From: a virus
Taxonomy: Duplodnaviria > Heunggongvirae > Uroviricota > Caudoviricetes
Virus record (IMG/VR): IMGVR_UViG_3300028898_000252
Span: 93,946-157,945 of that record
Direction: 5' to 3' (one strand)
DNA: 64,000 nucleotides
Numbering within the stretch: position 1 is the first letter of the stretch; every line of letters begins with the position of its first letter. The position numbers were made by a program, and so were the translations under genes. Shown piece after piece: positions 9,968 through 21,600 of the stretch. Under the pieces are notes generated by a model. It did not search any database. It saw nothing but the letters and a program-made list of their open reading frames with translations, and was not told the origin of the DNA.

Positions 9968-10960
9968 ATGGAAAAAAATCCGTACGAAATCTTGGGAGTT
10001 GAGAAGGGTTGCGCCGAAGAAGAATTAAAAAAAGCATATAAACAAAAATGCTTTGAATTTCACCCAGATAAATTTGCAACAGAATCGCAAGAAAAACAAA
10101 AAGAAGCGGAAGACAAATTTAAAGAAGTCCAAAAAGCATACAATTCTATAAAGGATGGATCGTATGAAGCGTCGCAACAATCACAAGAAGAGTATGGATT
10201 TTCTGATTTTTTCTCAAGTGTGTTTTCAAAATTTCAAAACAGAGCACAAAAACTTTCCAATATCCAAGTCGAACTACCAGATTCAATTCAATTGAGCTTT
10301 GTAGAAGCTATTACTGGTTGTAAAAAACATATTCACTATAATTTTGGGTTAAACTGTGCAACATGCGGCGGGCATGGAGTTGTACCAACAAAAAATCCAT
10401 GTAAAGAATGTAATGGCAAAGGTACAAAGACTGTTGACGAAAAAAGAACATTTGGATTGTTTAGACAAACAACCACTTGTGGTGTTTGCGGCGGCTCTAA
10501 AAAAGAAATGATAAAATGTGGAGATTGTAAAGGCGAAGGTCATATACAATATACATTAGAAGAAGAAATTGTTTTTGAACCTTGTTATCCAATAAACAAA
10601 AAAATCATAAGAAAAATTCAAGATATTGAATATGTTTTTATGCTCAAGGTTCAAACTGTTATTCCTGAATCAACTAAAATGGAAATTTTTGAAAATGAAA
10701 GAATTTTAGCCATTGATTTTAGTCTTCCATTTAGTGATTTCTTACTTGGAGGTAAATTTAAATTAAATATCGAAGACAACCAAGGAGATTTTTGGTTTGA
10801 AACTAAAACTGGTGAACAATATGTACTTGTTAAAGATAAAGGATTTCCACATAAAGGCTTAAGATTGCCACTTAAAATTAACATTTCTCCGAAAATTCCA
10901 ACCGAATTAACAGAAAAACAAAAAGAAGTGTTAAACAATTTGAAAAATCTTGGTTTATAA
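9968..10960 (+). CDS. dnaJ: DnaJ (Hsp40) co-chaperone
   Basis: J domain NPYEILGV...HPDK; four CxxCxG repeats (CATCGG, CKECNG, CGVCGG, CGDCKG); AGGAG RBS. Confidence 0.92.
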   Translation: MEKNPYEILGVEKGCAEEELKKAYKQKCFEFHPDKFATESQEKQKEAEDKFKEVQKAYNSIKDGSYEASQQSQEEYGFSDFFSSVFSKFQNRAQKLSNIQVELPDSIQLSFVEAITGCKKHIHYNFGLNCATCGGHGVVPTKNPCKECNGKGTKTVDEKRTFGLFRQTTTCGVCGGSKKEMIKCGDCKGEGHIQYTLEEEIVFEPCYPINKKIIRKIQDIEYVFMLKVQTVIPESTKMEIFENERILAIDFSLPFSDFLLGGKFKLNIEDNQGDFWFETKTGEQYVLVKDKGFPHKGLRLPLKINISPKIPTELTEKQKEVLNNLKNLGL

Positions 10961-10967
10961 TTGTTTT

Positions 10968-11213
10968 ATGGATAAAAAAGATACAACAAAGGAATATAAA
11001 CTTTCGGATCAATTAATTGGCCAACTTGCAAACTTAGTTTGTGTAGCAATGGCAACTCAAACAAATGCCGTAGATCATTTTAGAATGATTAGAGTTGTTG
11101 AAAGTGACCAAAAAGGAATGGAAGGAAAGCTAGTGTTAACTCCTTCATATGTTGAAACTTACAACAAACAAGTTCAAGAATTAACTGAACTCGTTGAAAA
11201 ATCACAAGCTTAA
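10968..11213 (+). CDS. Small hypothetical protein
   Basis: YKLSDQLIGQLANLVCVAMATQTNAVDHFRMIRV; ATG at 10968. Confidence 0.75.
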   Translation: MDKKDTTKEYKLSDQLIGQLANLVCVAMATQTNAVDHFRMIRVVESDQKGMEGKLVLTPSYVETYNKQVQELTELVEKSQA

Positions 11214-11962
11214 TACTCTATAGAGTAAAATATATCTGCTTTTATATATTTTAATTTGTTTTGACCAAGACAATAAAGTTTATTTAAACTTAATGAATTA
11301 AAAATAATATTTAGTTTTGGTTTTCGTTCATTAAGTAAAACGATATACGTTTGTTTACTTGTTTTTAATGCTGTTCCTGGTACCACAGCTTTCATTTCTA
11401 GAATATATTTTAAATCGACAACTTCTTTTGTTTGATAAATTAATTCAAAGGACTCAATCGAATGGTAACTCCACTCATTGAGTCCTTTTTCTTTTTTTAA
11501 GTCGGCACTATTAAAAAGTTTAACCACAAGAAAAGAAATGTTAAAGTTCGCAATTTTTTTCGATTTTTTTATCATTGCGATTTCTTCTTTTTTCGATTTG
11601 CAAAGATGATATTCGCCTTTATAGTAATAAATAAATCCTGTTATTTCCGCCACATATCCATCTAAAATTTGATTCTCGTCAATTTCATCGCGCAAATTCA
11701 ATTCTTTAAATTGTTTTACAATATCTTTTGTATGCGATTTAGAAAAATTCTTATATGTTATTTGAGCTTCTCTTGTTGTCTGAAGTTTACATTGCAGTTT
11801 AATATTTGGAGTAAACCAAGAAGAAAAATTTTGGTTAAATTTTATTTCGTTTGGGAAAATATAGCCTTTATATAGTTTTTTTGGCCTCACAAGTTTTCCG
11901 ATTGGTTCATCTTTTATTTTTTTAAACTTAAAATTTCCCACAACAAAATTAACTACAATCAA
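11210..11962 (-). CDS. Hypothetical basic protein
   Basis: 250 aa ORF; start codon uncertain. Confidence 0.6.
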   Translation of the reverse strand: MIVVNFVVGNFKFKKIKDEPIGKLVRPKKLYKGYIFPNEIKFNQNFSSWFTPNIKLQCKLQTTREAQITYKNFSKSHTKDIVKQFKELNLRDEIDENQILDGYVAEITGFIYYYKGEYHLCKSKKEEIAMIKKSKKIANFNISFLVVKLFNSADLKKEKGLNEWSYHSIESFELIYQTKEVVDLKYILEMKAVVPGTALKTSKQTYIVLLNERKPKLNIIFNSLSLNKLYCLGQNKLKYIKADIFYSIEY

Positions 11963-12018
11963 ATAATTTTAAAGTTTCAACTATAACAACTAAAATAAAA
12001 GCTTATAGAAAAGAAGTT

Positions 12019-12025
12019 ATAATTA
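12019..12025 (+). promoter_or_regulatory. Putative late promoter RTANTTA (representative site)
   Basis: ATAATTA 11 nt before the neck gene; the motif recurs before many structural genes. Confidence 0.5.
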
Positions 12026-12036
12026 AGAATGTTAAA

Positions 12037-13344
12037 ATGACATCAATTGGAAGCGGCTTTAATCAAACAATAAATCCAACATCATATGGTTTATATGATA
12101 GTTCACCACTATTTCAATCAGACGCTGATAATCTTGTAAGATTTGTATTAACAAAATTTGGAGAACAAGTTTTAAGCGTTGAGCTTACAAAAAAAATAAT
12201 TTGGAATGCTTTTGAAGAAGCAACAGTCCAATTGAATGCTCTTCTTGTTGAATACCAAGCAAAAAGTAATTTAGCTTCCCTTTTAGGTTCCCCTACGGCA
12301 AGTTATATTTCTGGTTCTAACGGGTTATTTTCCATTAATTTATCAAATACATTTGTTCAACAAAATTTAAACTTTTTAGATTCTCTATCGGGTCCATATA
12401 CTGGGTATATCGGAATTGGAAACTGGGCCGAATCTTATTCTGGATCTATAATTTTAACAGCTAGTCGCCAAGATTATGATCTATACACTGAATTAAAAGA
12501 CGAGGCGGGGAATACATTATTTGGATATCAACCATCGGGCTCCAATGTAAGGTTTACAGTTTATGAAGTTTTTCATTTTGAACCTGTTGAATATATCTTT
12601 AACTCAAACTATGGATCTACAATCGCGTATGGCTCTGATTTTACAACAGAAGCAGGAGTTGCGGTACCAGATACAAAATATTTCGTTCTTCCTCTTTATG
12701 AAGATGTTTTAAGGGCTGGTCTTTATGAAGACGCAAGAAGAATTAGAAGATCCCATTATTCTTATGAACAATTTGGAAGAAATCTCAGACTATATCCAGT
12801 TCCAGGAGTTGGAGATTTTATGGCTTCAGGTTCTGTTCGAAGAGTTTGGGTTAGAGTTGGATTTAAGCAGCCTCCATATGACCCAAGAATGGATTCTAAT
12901 TTTGTTCAATCTAGTGCTTCATTAGGATCAGGATTACATCCTGGCACGGGGCCAGGAGGCACATATAATTTTGCCTCAAATCTATACGGAGTTTCTAACC
13001 CAGCAAATGTGCCATTTGGAATTGTAAATTATGATAGTTTAAACATATGGTGCAGAAACTGGATCAGAGAATATTCTCTTTATTTATGCGCTGAAACTCT
13101 CGGATGGATTCGTTCAAAAACAAATGTTGTGCCTATTCCTGGGGCAGAACTCACATTAAATGGTGAAAAACTACTAAGTTATGCTGGTGATGGAATTGAA
13201 AAACTTAAAACAACTGCCAGAGAATATTTGGATGGTTTAAGCTATGATAAACTTATGGAAAAAGAAGCTAACAAAATGGAACAAACAAATAAACTTCTAT
13301 CTCTTTTGCCTTATCCGCCACAAGTAGTAATTAGAGTAAGATAA
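12037..13344 (+). CDS. Neck protein (T4 gp13-like head-tail adaptor)
   Basis: WIREYSLYLCAETLGWIRSK...PIPGAELTLNGEKLL resembles the gp13 C-terminus; position before gp14/gp15-like genes. Confidence 0.75.
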   Translation: MTSIGSGFNQTINPTSYGLYDSSPLFQSDADNLVRFVLTKFGEQVLSVELTKKIIWNAFEEATVQLNALLVEYQAKSNLASLLGSPTASYISGSNGLFSINLSNTFVQQNLNFLDSLSGPYTGYIGIGNWAESYSGSIILTASRQDYDLYTELKDEAGNTLFGYQPSGSNVRFTVYEVFHFEPVEYIFNSNYGSTIAYGSDFTTEAGVAVPDTKYFVLPLYEDVLRAGLYEDARRIRRSHYSYEQFGRNLRLYPVPGVGDFMASGSVRRVWVRVGFKQPPYDPRMDSNFVQSSASLGSGLHPGTGPGGTYNFASNLYGVSNPANVPFGIVNYDSLNIWCRNWIREYSLYLCAETLGWIRSKTNVVPIPGAELTLNGEKLLSYAGDGIEKLKTTAREYLDGLSYDKLMEKEANKMEQTNKLLSLLPYPPQVVIRVR

Positions 13345-13345
13345 G

Positions 13346-14062
13346 ATGGCACGACTTTTCATTACAGAAAAAGAATTGCAGTTTCATGCAGATATAACCC
13401 AAGAAATCATAAAAGACGTAATTGGACAAAAAATTTATTATTATTCAATTTCTGCAACTAAATCAATAATGAATGAAACTTATGACGAGGCCATAGAAAA
13501 GGTTTTTGATGGTCCTATTATAGTTGACGCGCTTTGCGGACAACCTGAATGGGAAAACATCGCCGATGCCCACGGTTCTTATCTTCGTGGCAAAATGGAA
13601 GTGTTATTTCAAGCAAAAGATCTTTTGTTGAAAAAAATAAAAATTTCTGAGGGGGATTTTATTACATATGGAAATCACGCATATGAAATAGTTTCTTATG
13701 TTCCAATGAACAACATGTGGGGACAAGAAGAATTCGATAGATCATTTAAAGCTACTTGTATTACAGCAAGACCTGGACGTTTTGATCCTTCTTCTTTCAA
13801 TACTCCTTCTTCGGAAGGTATGGAAGGTGGAATCCAAAAAGAATTTGTTCAACAACGCGGTTTGAAACAAACAAAAGAGGGCGCAACTAATGACATTCGA
13901 GAAATGCGCGAACGTCTCGGCGATGATATGGCTCCTAAAACTTTAAATGATGGACCAAGAGTTATTGCGATAAACGATCCAACCCCAGAAAATAGCAGAG
14001 ATGAAGGAATTGTAAATTCCTTCTTAAACGATGACAATGTAGACGATGATTTCTACGACTAA
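13346..14062 (+). CDS. Neck protein (T4 gp14-like)
   Basis: EIIKDVIGQKIYYY...YDEA...ISEGDFITYG; synteny. Confidence 0.65.
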   Translation: MARLFITEKELQFHADITQEIIKDVIGQKIYYYSISATKSIMNETYDEAIEKVFDGPIIVDALCGQPEWENIADAHGSYLRGKMEVLFQAKDLLLKKIKISEGDFITYGNHAYEIVSYVPMNNMWGQEEFDRSFKATCITARPGRFDPSSFNTPSSEGMEGGIQKEFVQQRGLKQTKEGATNDIREMRERLGDDMAPKTLNDGPRVIAINDPTPENSRDEGIVNSFLNDDNVDDDFYD

Positions 14063-14100
14063 TTTTATTTTCCATATTTACTCTTAGAAAATAAAATAAA

Positions 14101-15411
14101 ATGACAGTTGGCAAAATAACACGTCTTGGAAATCAAGAAAATGAGTCGTATAATTATGAACCAGAAATTCCTGTGCCAGAACGATTTATCGACGGTACAA
14201 AAGGTAATATAACGCGACAAAATATAGAGCCACCTTTAGAAACAGTTCCTAATCTCGAACAAATTCCTTTTGGTAGTTTACAAGGGGAAGATCCTGCATA
14301 CGAAACAGTTTATGCTCCTGCGTGTACTTTGCTTGACATTGATCAAAGTGTAAAAAAACTATTTAATGAAACAATAAAGTTTCCTACAAAATACCTGAAA
14401 GGAATAAATAAAATTGCATCATTAAACAAACCAGAAGTGAAAGTTGCTGGCGGCGATCGATTTGCCTTGGCAAAGAAAGTTACTCCATTAAGAGGACAAG
14501 ATGGAACTTTAATTCTTCCATCAATTGCTATAAGAAGAACTAATATTAACCATTCTTTAGGAACACAAAATTCGAGAAGTTTAAATAGCGCAACTGGAGA
14601 AATTGTAATAAAGGTTGGATTGGATGAGGAAAAAGATCCTTTTTATCAAAATCTTATAAATAAAATTGGGCTAAAGTCTATAAGAACTTCGCCTTCTTCA
14701 CAAAGAAAACAAAGTAAAAATAAAAATGACCTAAGCATTAGACAAGGTAGTTTACTAGATCCAAAAACAAACAATAATCTTGTTGAATTTTTAGTTATGC
14801 CTGCCCCAACTTTTGTGGATATTTCGTATGAGGTTGTTTTGTGGACAGAAAACGTAAATTCGATGAATATTTTACTGCAATCGATTTTGGCAGCAAAACT
14901 TCCATTAGACAATGGTTTTGTTTTAACAACTGATGCAGGATATTGGTTTTGTGCTTATTTGGGAGATGAGATTTCTATGGAAGATAATTTTGATGACTAT
15001 TCCGAAAACGAAAAAATAGTTAAAACAAAACTTCAGTTAACAGTTAAAGCATACTTGCTTTCGTCAAATGATGAAACAAATATGTATCCTATTAAAAAAT
15101 ATACAAATGCCATTTCATTTGATTTTGAAATTAAAGATTCTAAAACAAAAGTTTATCTCAAAAAAGAGATAGAAACCATTGGAAACAAACAAATACAGGA
15201 TAAGTTTTTATTAAATAATATATCAGATCCAGATGATCAAAAAGATAAAACACTTGAAGAAAATTTATATTTCGAAAAAGTTATTACCAACTCATTAACG
15301 AATAAAAAAGAAAGAGTTTATGCTGAAGTTTTAAGAAGTAATGAAAGTAAAGAAAAAATTTATAGCGCTACAAATATTGACGAATTGATAAATTTTATTT
15401 CTGATGAATGA
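14101..15411 (+). CDS. Tail terminator / sheath stabilizer (T4 gp15-like)
   Basis: LILPSIAIRRTNI; MPAPTFVDISYEVVLWT...MNILLQSI; synteny. Confidence 0.65.
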   Translation: MTVGKITRLGNQENESYNYEPEIPVPERFIDGTKGNITRQNIEPPLETVPNLEQIPFGSLQGEDPAYETVYAPACTLLDIDQSVKKLFNETIKFPTKYLKGINKIASLNKPEVKVAGGDRFALAKKVTPLRGQDGTLILPSIAIRRTNINHSLGTQNSRSLNSATGEIVIKVGLDEEKDPFYQNLINKIGLKSIRTSPSSQRKQSKNKNDLSIRQGSLLDPKTNNNLVEFLVMPAPTFVDISYEVVLWTENVNSMNILLQSILAAKLPLDNGFVLTTDAGYWFCAYLGDEISMEDNFDDYSENEKIVKTKLQLTVKAYLLSSNDETNMYPIKKYTNAISFDFEIKDSKTKVYLKKEIETIGNKQIQDKFLLNNISDPDDQKDKTLEENLYFEKVITNSLTNKKERVYAEVLRSNESKEKIYSATNIDELINFISDE

Positions 15412-15506
15412 TTTCGTTCAAATTCACTAAAAAACAAGTTTCCTGAAAACTTCGAAATAATTATGTTAGAATTAAAAATTCATTGAAAGGTTTTCAAGGA
15501 TAAATT

Positions 15507-18500
15507 ATGACAGAAACAATTTTAAAATTCCCAGGATACAGTGACAGTGAAATAGATGCTTCGGTAAGAGACACAGTACCAACAGGCGATCCAGTTGCAA
15601 TTATTGGCGCAATGGTACAAGGTCCAGCATTTGTGCCAACTGTCATTGGATCATTATCTGATCAAATAGCAAAATTCGGATCAGTAACACCAGGATATCC
15701 TGCATCTTATGCTTCGCAAAGATGGCTAGAGAATAGAAACAGCGCAGTAATTGTAAGATTATTAGGAGCAGGATCAAACAGTGGTTCTGGAGATTTTGAC
15801 GATACTAGAACAAAAGGAATTGTTAAAAACGCAGGATTTTTTGTTTCTGGATCACAGACTGGAATTTCTGGTGATCTTCGCCACAACGGTTCAGTTCAAT
15901 TTCTTGTCGGAAAACATGCTTTAGCAACAAAAGAATCATATGGATATCCTGTTTTCACAGACAACGATTCTTATACTGCTAGCAGTGGATATGTCAATCT
16001 TGTAAGAGGAATGATTCTTTGTTCTTCTGGTTCTCGTATTATGGTACTAGATGGAACAAACGAAACGTTTGTTGATGCTGTAAACGATATTGCTTCAATT
16101 GATAGCGGATCAAATAGCGTAACTAAAGGAAAATTTAAACTTGTAGTATCAACAAGTTTAGGTTCGAGTTTTTCTGCTTCTGATGGATTGGCAGGAATTA
16201 AAATACTAACAGCTTCATTAAATCCAACAGACAGCGATTATTTCGGAAAAGTGTTAAACACTAACCCAGATAAATTCTTACAAGAAGGGCATTATTTATA
16301 CGCTGATTTTCCAATTGATGCTGAAATTGCCCCAATAGCCAGCGGCGCTTCAAACACAGATAGCGTAGCAATTATTTCTGGTTCTGCTGCAACAACGTCA
16401 ACAGGTGGAATAACATCTGATCCTTTCAGAAATCTTTTTGGAAGATTCGATACGAGGTATTCAACGCCTAAAACACCAATGATAATTTCGCAGCCATTTG
16501 GTAATATTGAATATGATTTATTTAATTTTGAAACCATTTCTGATGGCGATAACGCGAATAGAATGGTAAAAATTTCAATTGCTGGATTAAAAGTTTCTTC
16601 TGATCCTTCTTATGAATACGGTTCATTTACAGTTGTTGTTAGAAGTTTCGAAGATACAGATTTCAACCCACAAATATTAGAACAATTTACAAATGTAAAT
16701 TTAGATAAAGATTCAGATCGTTACATTGCAAAAATTGTCGGAGATATTAAAGCAGAATATAGATTTGATTTCGAGGATGAAAATGATCGCGGAGTAAATA
16801 TCTCTGGTACATATCCAAATAAATCAAAATATATTCGAGTTCGCGTTTCTGATGCGGTTGCATTAAAAACACTTCCTGCGAAGTGCTTACCATTTGGTTT
16901 TAAAGGTGTTCCAACACTTAAAACTTCTGATTCTACAACTGATTCAAGTGGAACGACAAGAATTGGAGCTTCTGGTTCTGTTTCTGGATCGCCTATTGTT
17001 CCACCACTGCCATTCAGATTTAAAATTACCAGAGGAGATGTTTCTTCTACTGCTGCATACACAGGTCAAGCAGGAACAACAGAAATTGTCGATGGTCGTT
17101 TATATTGGGGTATTAAATTTGAACGTAATACCGAGGCAACAAACACAAACATTGTAAGCGAAAGAAATGAACTTATTCCAAGTTATGGTAAACTTTTAGG
17201 TATTTCGAAACTAGATACTTTGTTTACTGGTTCTTTTGTTGACACTTTCAATAATAATAAGTTTTCCCTTTCGAAAGTTGCCCTCCCAACCACAGCAATT
17301 GCTGATCTTACTGCCTCCGTTGCTTCAATCTTAAAAGAATCAGCTTATATAAGAAATGGAACACCAGACGGAACAAACTATACAATAACCGATGGAACAA
17401 TTGGAGCAAGAATCACATTAGCTTCCGTGCTGCAAAAAGGAACTGCTGCTGAATTTAATCGTTTTAGCGACTATAGCAAATTCACAACAATGTTTTACGG
17501 AGGATTTGATGGCGTTAACGTTCTAGACAAAGAAGCTAGAAAATTCACAGACAGATCAACTTCTATTGAATCTGGAAGCGCGGGCTATGGAGGAGCCGCA
17601 TCAAGTTTCGTTTCCCCAGGATTTAGCACAAACATGAATGGAACTGGAGATGCAAACAACCAAATAAACAGCTATAAAACCGCTGTAAGAATTGTAACTG
17701 ATCCGCTAAGTTCTCCAATGTACATAATGGTTCTCCCTGGACAAAGGGAGTCGACTGTTACAGATTACGCTTCGCAAAAGGTTTCTGATTTCGGACGAGC
17801 TTTTTATATAATGGATATTCCCGCGTATGATAGCGACTCTATCAGAATCTTTGACGGAGAAACAAACAGATTTATTGATAATCAAAAAACCGCACAAGTT
17901 TTCGATGCGAGAGCAATCGATAATGGCGCTGTTGCCGTTTATCACCCATCTGTAACAATTGAAGATCCGCTAAATGAAAAAAGAACGGTTGTTCCTGCGT
18001 CGGTAGCTGCACTTGCTGTTTTTGGATTCAATGATAGAGTTACTTATCCTTGGTATGCCGCAGCAGGATTAAATCGCGGAGCACTTACATTTGTTAAGGC
18101 CGTTGCTCAAAAAACAAAAGCTCAAGATAAAAATGTATTTAGCGATACAAGAATAAATCCAATTATCAAAGACGAAGGACTGTTCGTTCTATTCTCTCAA
18201 TTTACCCTCAAACAAGGAACAAATGTTTTAACTTCCAGAATAAATGTTAAACGTCTTTCAATTGAAATTTCTAGACTGATTTCAAATGTTGGATATCCTT
18301 TTATATTTGAAAATCAAACACCAGCAATTAGAGATAACCTTAAACGAGCTTTAGAAAACAAGTTCTCTTTCTTGCAACAAGCAAAAGCGATAAGTGCTTT
18401 TCAAGTTGTGTGCGATAATACAAACAATACAGATATAGATAAAGAAAATCACAAAATTAGAGTTTCTATAAAAGTAAGACCAATCGAATCGGTCGAATAT

Positions 18501-18551
18501 GTTGTGCTTGATTTCGTTATTACAAGATCTGGAACTTTTATTATTTCATAA
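15507..18551 (+). CDS. Contractile tail sheath protein 1
   Basis: N-terminal FPGYSDSEID...GPAF.P; C-terminal VYHP...VPAS...WYAAAGLNRG...RINPI...RINVKRL. Confidence 0.9.
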   Translation: MTETILKFPGYSDSEIDASVRDTVPTGDPVAIIGAMVQGPAFVPTVIGSLSDQIAKFGSVTPGYPASYASQRWLENRNSAVIVRLLGAGSNSGSGDFDDTRTKGIVKNAGFFVSGSQTGISGDLRHNGSVQFLVGKHALATKESYGYPVFTDNDSYTASSGYVNLVRGMILCSSGSRIMVLDGTNETFVDAVNDIASIDSGSNSVTKGKFKLVVSTSLGSSFSASDGLAGIKILTASLNPTDSDYFGKVLNTNPDKFLQEGHYLYADFPIDAEIAPIASGASNTDSVAIISGSAATTSTGGITSDPFRNLFGRFDTRYSTPKTPMIISQPFGNIEYDLFNFETISDGDNANRMVKISIAGLKVSSDPSYEYGSFTVVVRSFEDTDFNPQILEQFTNVNLDKDSDRYIAKIVGDIKAEYRFDFEDENDRGVNISGTYPNKSKYIRVRVSDAVALKTLPAKCLPFGFKGVPTLKTSDSTTDSSGTTRIGASGSVSGSPIVPPLPFRFKITRGDVSSTAAYTGQAGTTEIVDGRLYWGIKFERNTEATNTNIVSERNELIPSYGKLLGISKLDTLFTGSFVDTFNNNKFSLSKVALPTTAIADLTASVASILKESAYIRNGTPDGTNYTITDGTIGARITLASVLQKGTAAEFNRFSDYSKFTTMFYGGFDGVNVLDKEARKFTDRSTSIESGSAGYGGAASSFVSPGFSTNMNGTGDANNQINSYKTAVRIVTDPLSSPMYIMVLPGQRESTVTDYASQKVSDFGRAFYIMDIPAYDSDSIRIFDGETNRFIDNQKTAQVFDARAIDNGAVAVYHPSVTIEDPLNEKRTVVPASVAALAVFGFNDRVTYPWYAAAGLNRGALTFVKAVAQKTKAQDKNVFSDTRINPIIKDEGLFVLFSQFTLKQGTNVLTSRINVKRLSIEISRLISNVGYPFIFENQTPAIRDNLKRALENKFSFLQQAKAISAFQVVCDNTNNTDIDKENHKIRVSIKVRPIESVEYVVLDFVITRSGTFIIS

Positions 18552-18576
18552 AACTCACTTTTAAAACTAAAAAAAT

Positions 18577-18615
18577 AAACGCACTTCTAAGCATATTGGA
18601 GGTGCGTTTTGTTTT
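18577..18615 (+). terminator. Rho-independent terminator after sheath 1
   Basis: Stem AAACGCACTTCTAA / TTGGAGGTGCGTTT followed by a T-rich tract. Confidence 0.7.
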
Positions 18616-18653
18616 TATATCGTAATTACCTTTGATAATAGGAAAATTAAAGA

Positions 18654-21600
18654 ATGGCAGAATTAACATTTAGAAGTCCTGGCGTAAATGTAAAAGAAAT
18701 TGATGTAAGTGGTGGTACAGCAATATTACCTTCTGGTTTACCAGCTGTTGTTATTTCAACAACACAAATGGGACCAGCATTCGTACCAGTTTTAGTTCCA
18801 ACATTAAAAGATTGGAGAACCATTTTCGGGGTACCAGTTACTTACGTTAATTACGGAGCACTTGCTGCAACAGAATGGTTTAGAACCCAACAAGCATTAA
18901 CACAAATAAGAATTTTAGGTGTTGGTGACGGAACTCAAAGAACAGATAGTGGCGATAACCGCGGCAAAGTAACAAGTGCAGGTTTTGTTGTTGGTGATAG
19001 ACAACCACAGTCTAGTTTATCTGGTGCGTATGGAAGTAATGCCTATGCAAACACAGTTTCAGCGGCACCAAACGCAACAGGATCAGCAGGAAGAACTTAT
19101 TTTCTTGGTTGTTACATGTCAGAAAGTAATGGTTCGACTGTTTTTACAGATGCAGGATTAAGTGGCCGTGGGCAATCAATTCTTCGCGGCATTGTAATGG
19201 CAGCTTCTGGTGTAATTCCAACCCTTTCTTCTTCAAGAGGGCCAGATTCATCAATTCCAAATGCTTCTACATCAGCAGATTATTCTGCTGGTACAATAAA
19301 AGGAAGCATAACTGGTACTGTTTACTTGTCTGGCGGTTCTCAAGAATTCGTTATTTTATTAAACGGACACAAAGGAACAAGCGAAACATATCCAAGAGCT
19401 TTAACAGCTTCATTTGATCCAACAGCCCCAAATTATTTAGGAACTGTTCTAAATAAAGATCCTTTAAAAATGGAAGAAGCAGGATATGTTCTATACTCTT
19501 ATTATGATGTTCATAGTTCTCTTGCCGTGCCAACTGGTTCAGGTATTATTGCCACAGCTAATGGTGGAGTTCGCGAAAATATTGCATTTTTAGTTACGGG
19601 GGCAATGTCTAGAAACAGCGGTTCTTCAACCGCACCAAATTATGAATCATTTGAAGATAGATATCGTTCTGCACACACACCTTGGTTTATCTCACAACGA
19701 CAAGGTGGATTATATCAAAACTTGTTCAAATTTCATCTTATTACAGATGGGGAACAAAACCCAGTTAAGGTAAGCGTCGAAAACATTTCTCCATCAACGA
19801 ATGATGTAAATCCATATGGAACTTTTGATATTCTTGTCAGATCATTTAGCGATACAGACAATAACAAAGTTGTTTTAGAAGCTTTTAGAGGCTTAACCTT
19901 AAATCCAAAATCAGCTAAATACATCGCAAAACAAATTGGCGATAAAAACATTTATTACAATTTTGATATCGCAGAAGAACAACAAGGATTAACCGAAACG
20001 GGAAACTACGAACTTCGTTCACGTTATATTCGCGTTGAAATGGATGAATTAGTTGACAATGGAGACATTGACTCTAGTTTACTTCCAATGGGCTTTAGAG
20101 GTCCACAACACTTAGTAACTTCTGGAAGTGCTCCTATGCCTGCATTTAGCGATGCAACCTATTTAACTTCTCAAAATCCATTTAATAAAATATTGGAGCC
20201 GCCCGTTCCGTTCAGAACAACCATTTCAAAAGGAACAGGAACAACAAAAACAGCCGACCGTAATCTTTATTGGGGCGTTCAATTCGAAAATGTTGTATCT
20301 GTTAGCGAACCAAACAGCTCTAAAGTTCTTAACAAGAGCATTTCTTCTAGAACAAAATACTTCCCAGACTTTCAATTAGACTGGATGAACTTTGTTGTAG
20401 ATGGAAATGAAGGTGTTGCTGATTCTGCAGAAAATGGAATATTAGACGCAGATCGTTTCAACAACAATCTTTTCTCTCTCGAAAAAGTAAAAATTTATTA
20501 CAATTCTTCAACAGGTCTGCCAAACACAAGCAGAATAAAAGATTGGACATACGTTCGTGCAGGAAATATATCTACTGATACATCTGCCTTAACAAGAGCA
20601 TTACAAATAACTGACTTAACAGAACCAACAACAAGAACTGTTGGTAAATTTACATGTTATTTCTATGGTGGATTTGACGGAGTAAGAATCTTCAATCTTG
20701 ATACGAAATATCTAACAAACAAAGCTATTATTGAAGAAATGGATTCTTCTAACCGAGGATTCTCTGATGGTCCAACTGTTAAAGCCTATAGAAAATCTTT
20801 AGACTTAGTTTCTGACTCAACAGAAGTCGATGGAAGATTGTTTGTTATGCCTGGTATACGTCACGAAATTATTACAGATGCGGCAATTGATGTTGCGACA
20901 AGATCAAGAAATGACATTTTCTATATTTTCGATCTAGAAGAAAAAGATGTAAATGGAAATGCGATAACAAGTGACACACAAGATGTTTCTATTTCACAAA
21001 CTATTATAAATTTTAGAAATAGAGGCTTAGATTCAAGTTATGCTGCAACTTATTTCCCAGATGTTATAATTCAAGATTCTTATAACAAGGTTTCTGTTAG
21101 AGTACCACCTTCTGTTGCTGTTCTTGGAGCTTATGGATTAAATGATCTTGTCGGCTATTCTTGGTTTGCTCCAGCAGGATTTACCCGCGGTGCATTAAAC
21201 ACGGTTGATAGAACTGCGTTAACTCTTAAACAAGAAAATCTTGACGATCTTTATCCAGAAAAAATTAATCCAATTACTGCATTCAGCGGAGAAGGTGTTA
21301 AAGTTTGGGGACAAAAAACAGTCAACGCAAGTGTATCCTCTCTCGAAAGAATCAACGTTCGTAGACTTTTACTTACACTTAGAAGAAGAATTCGCTTAAT
21401 TTCTAAATCAACATTGTTTGAACAATATACAGATTCTCTCTTACAAGAATTCTCAAAACTCGTTGAACCAGTATTGAAAGAAATACAAGACTTAGGTGGC
21501 TTAGACGGCTATAGAGTTTTTATCAACAACTTAACCACAACCCAACTTGATAAAGCAAATAGAGTAATAAGAGGAAAAATAATTGTTCAACCAACAGAAT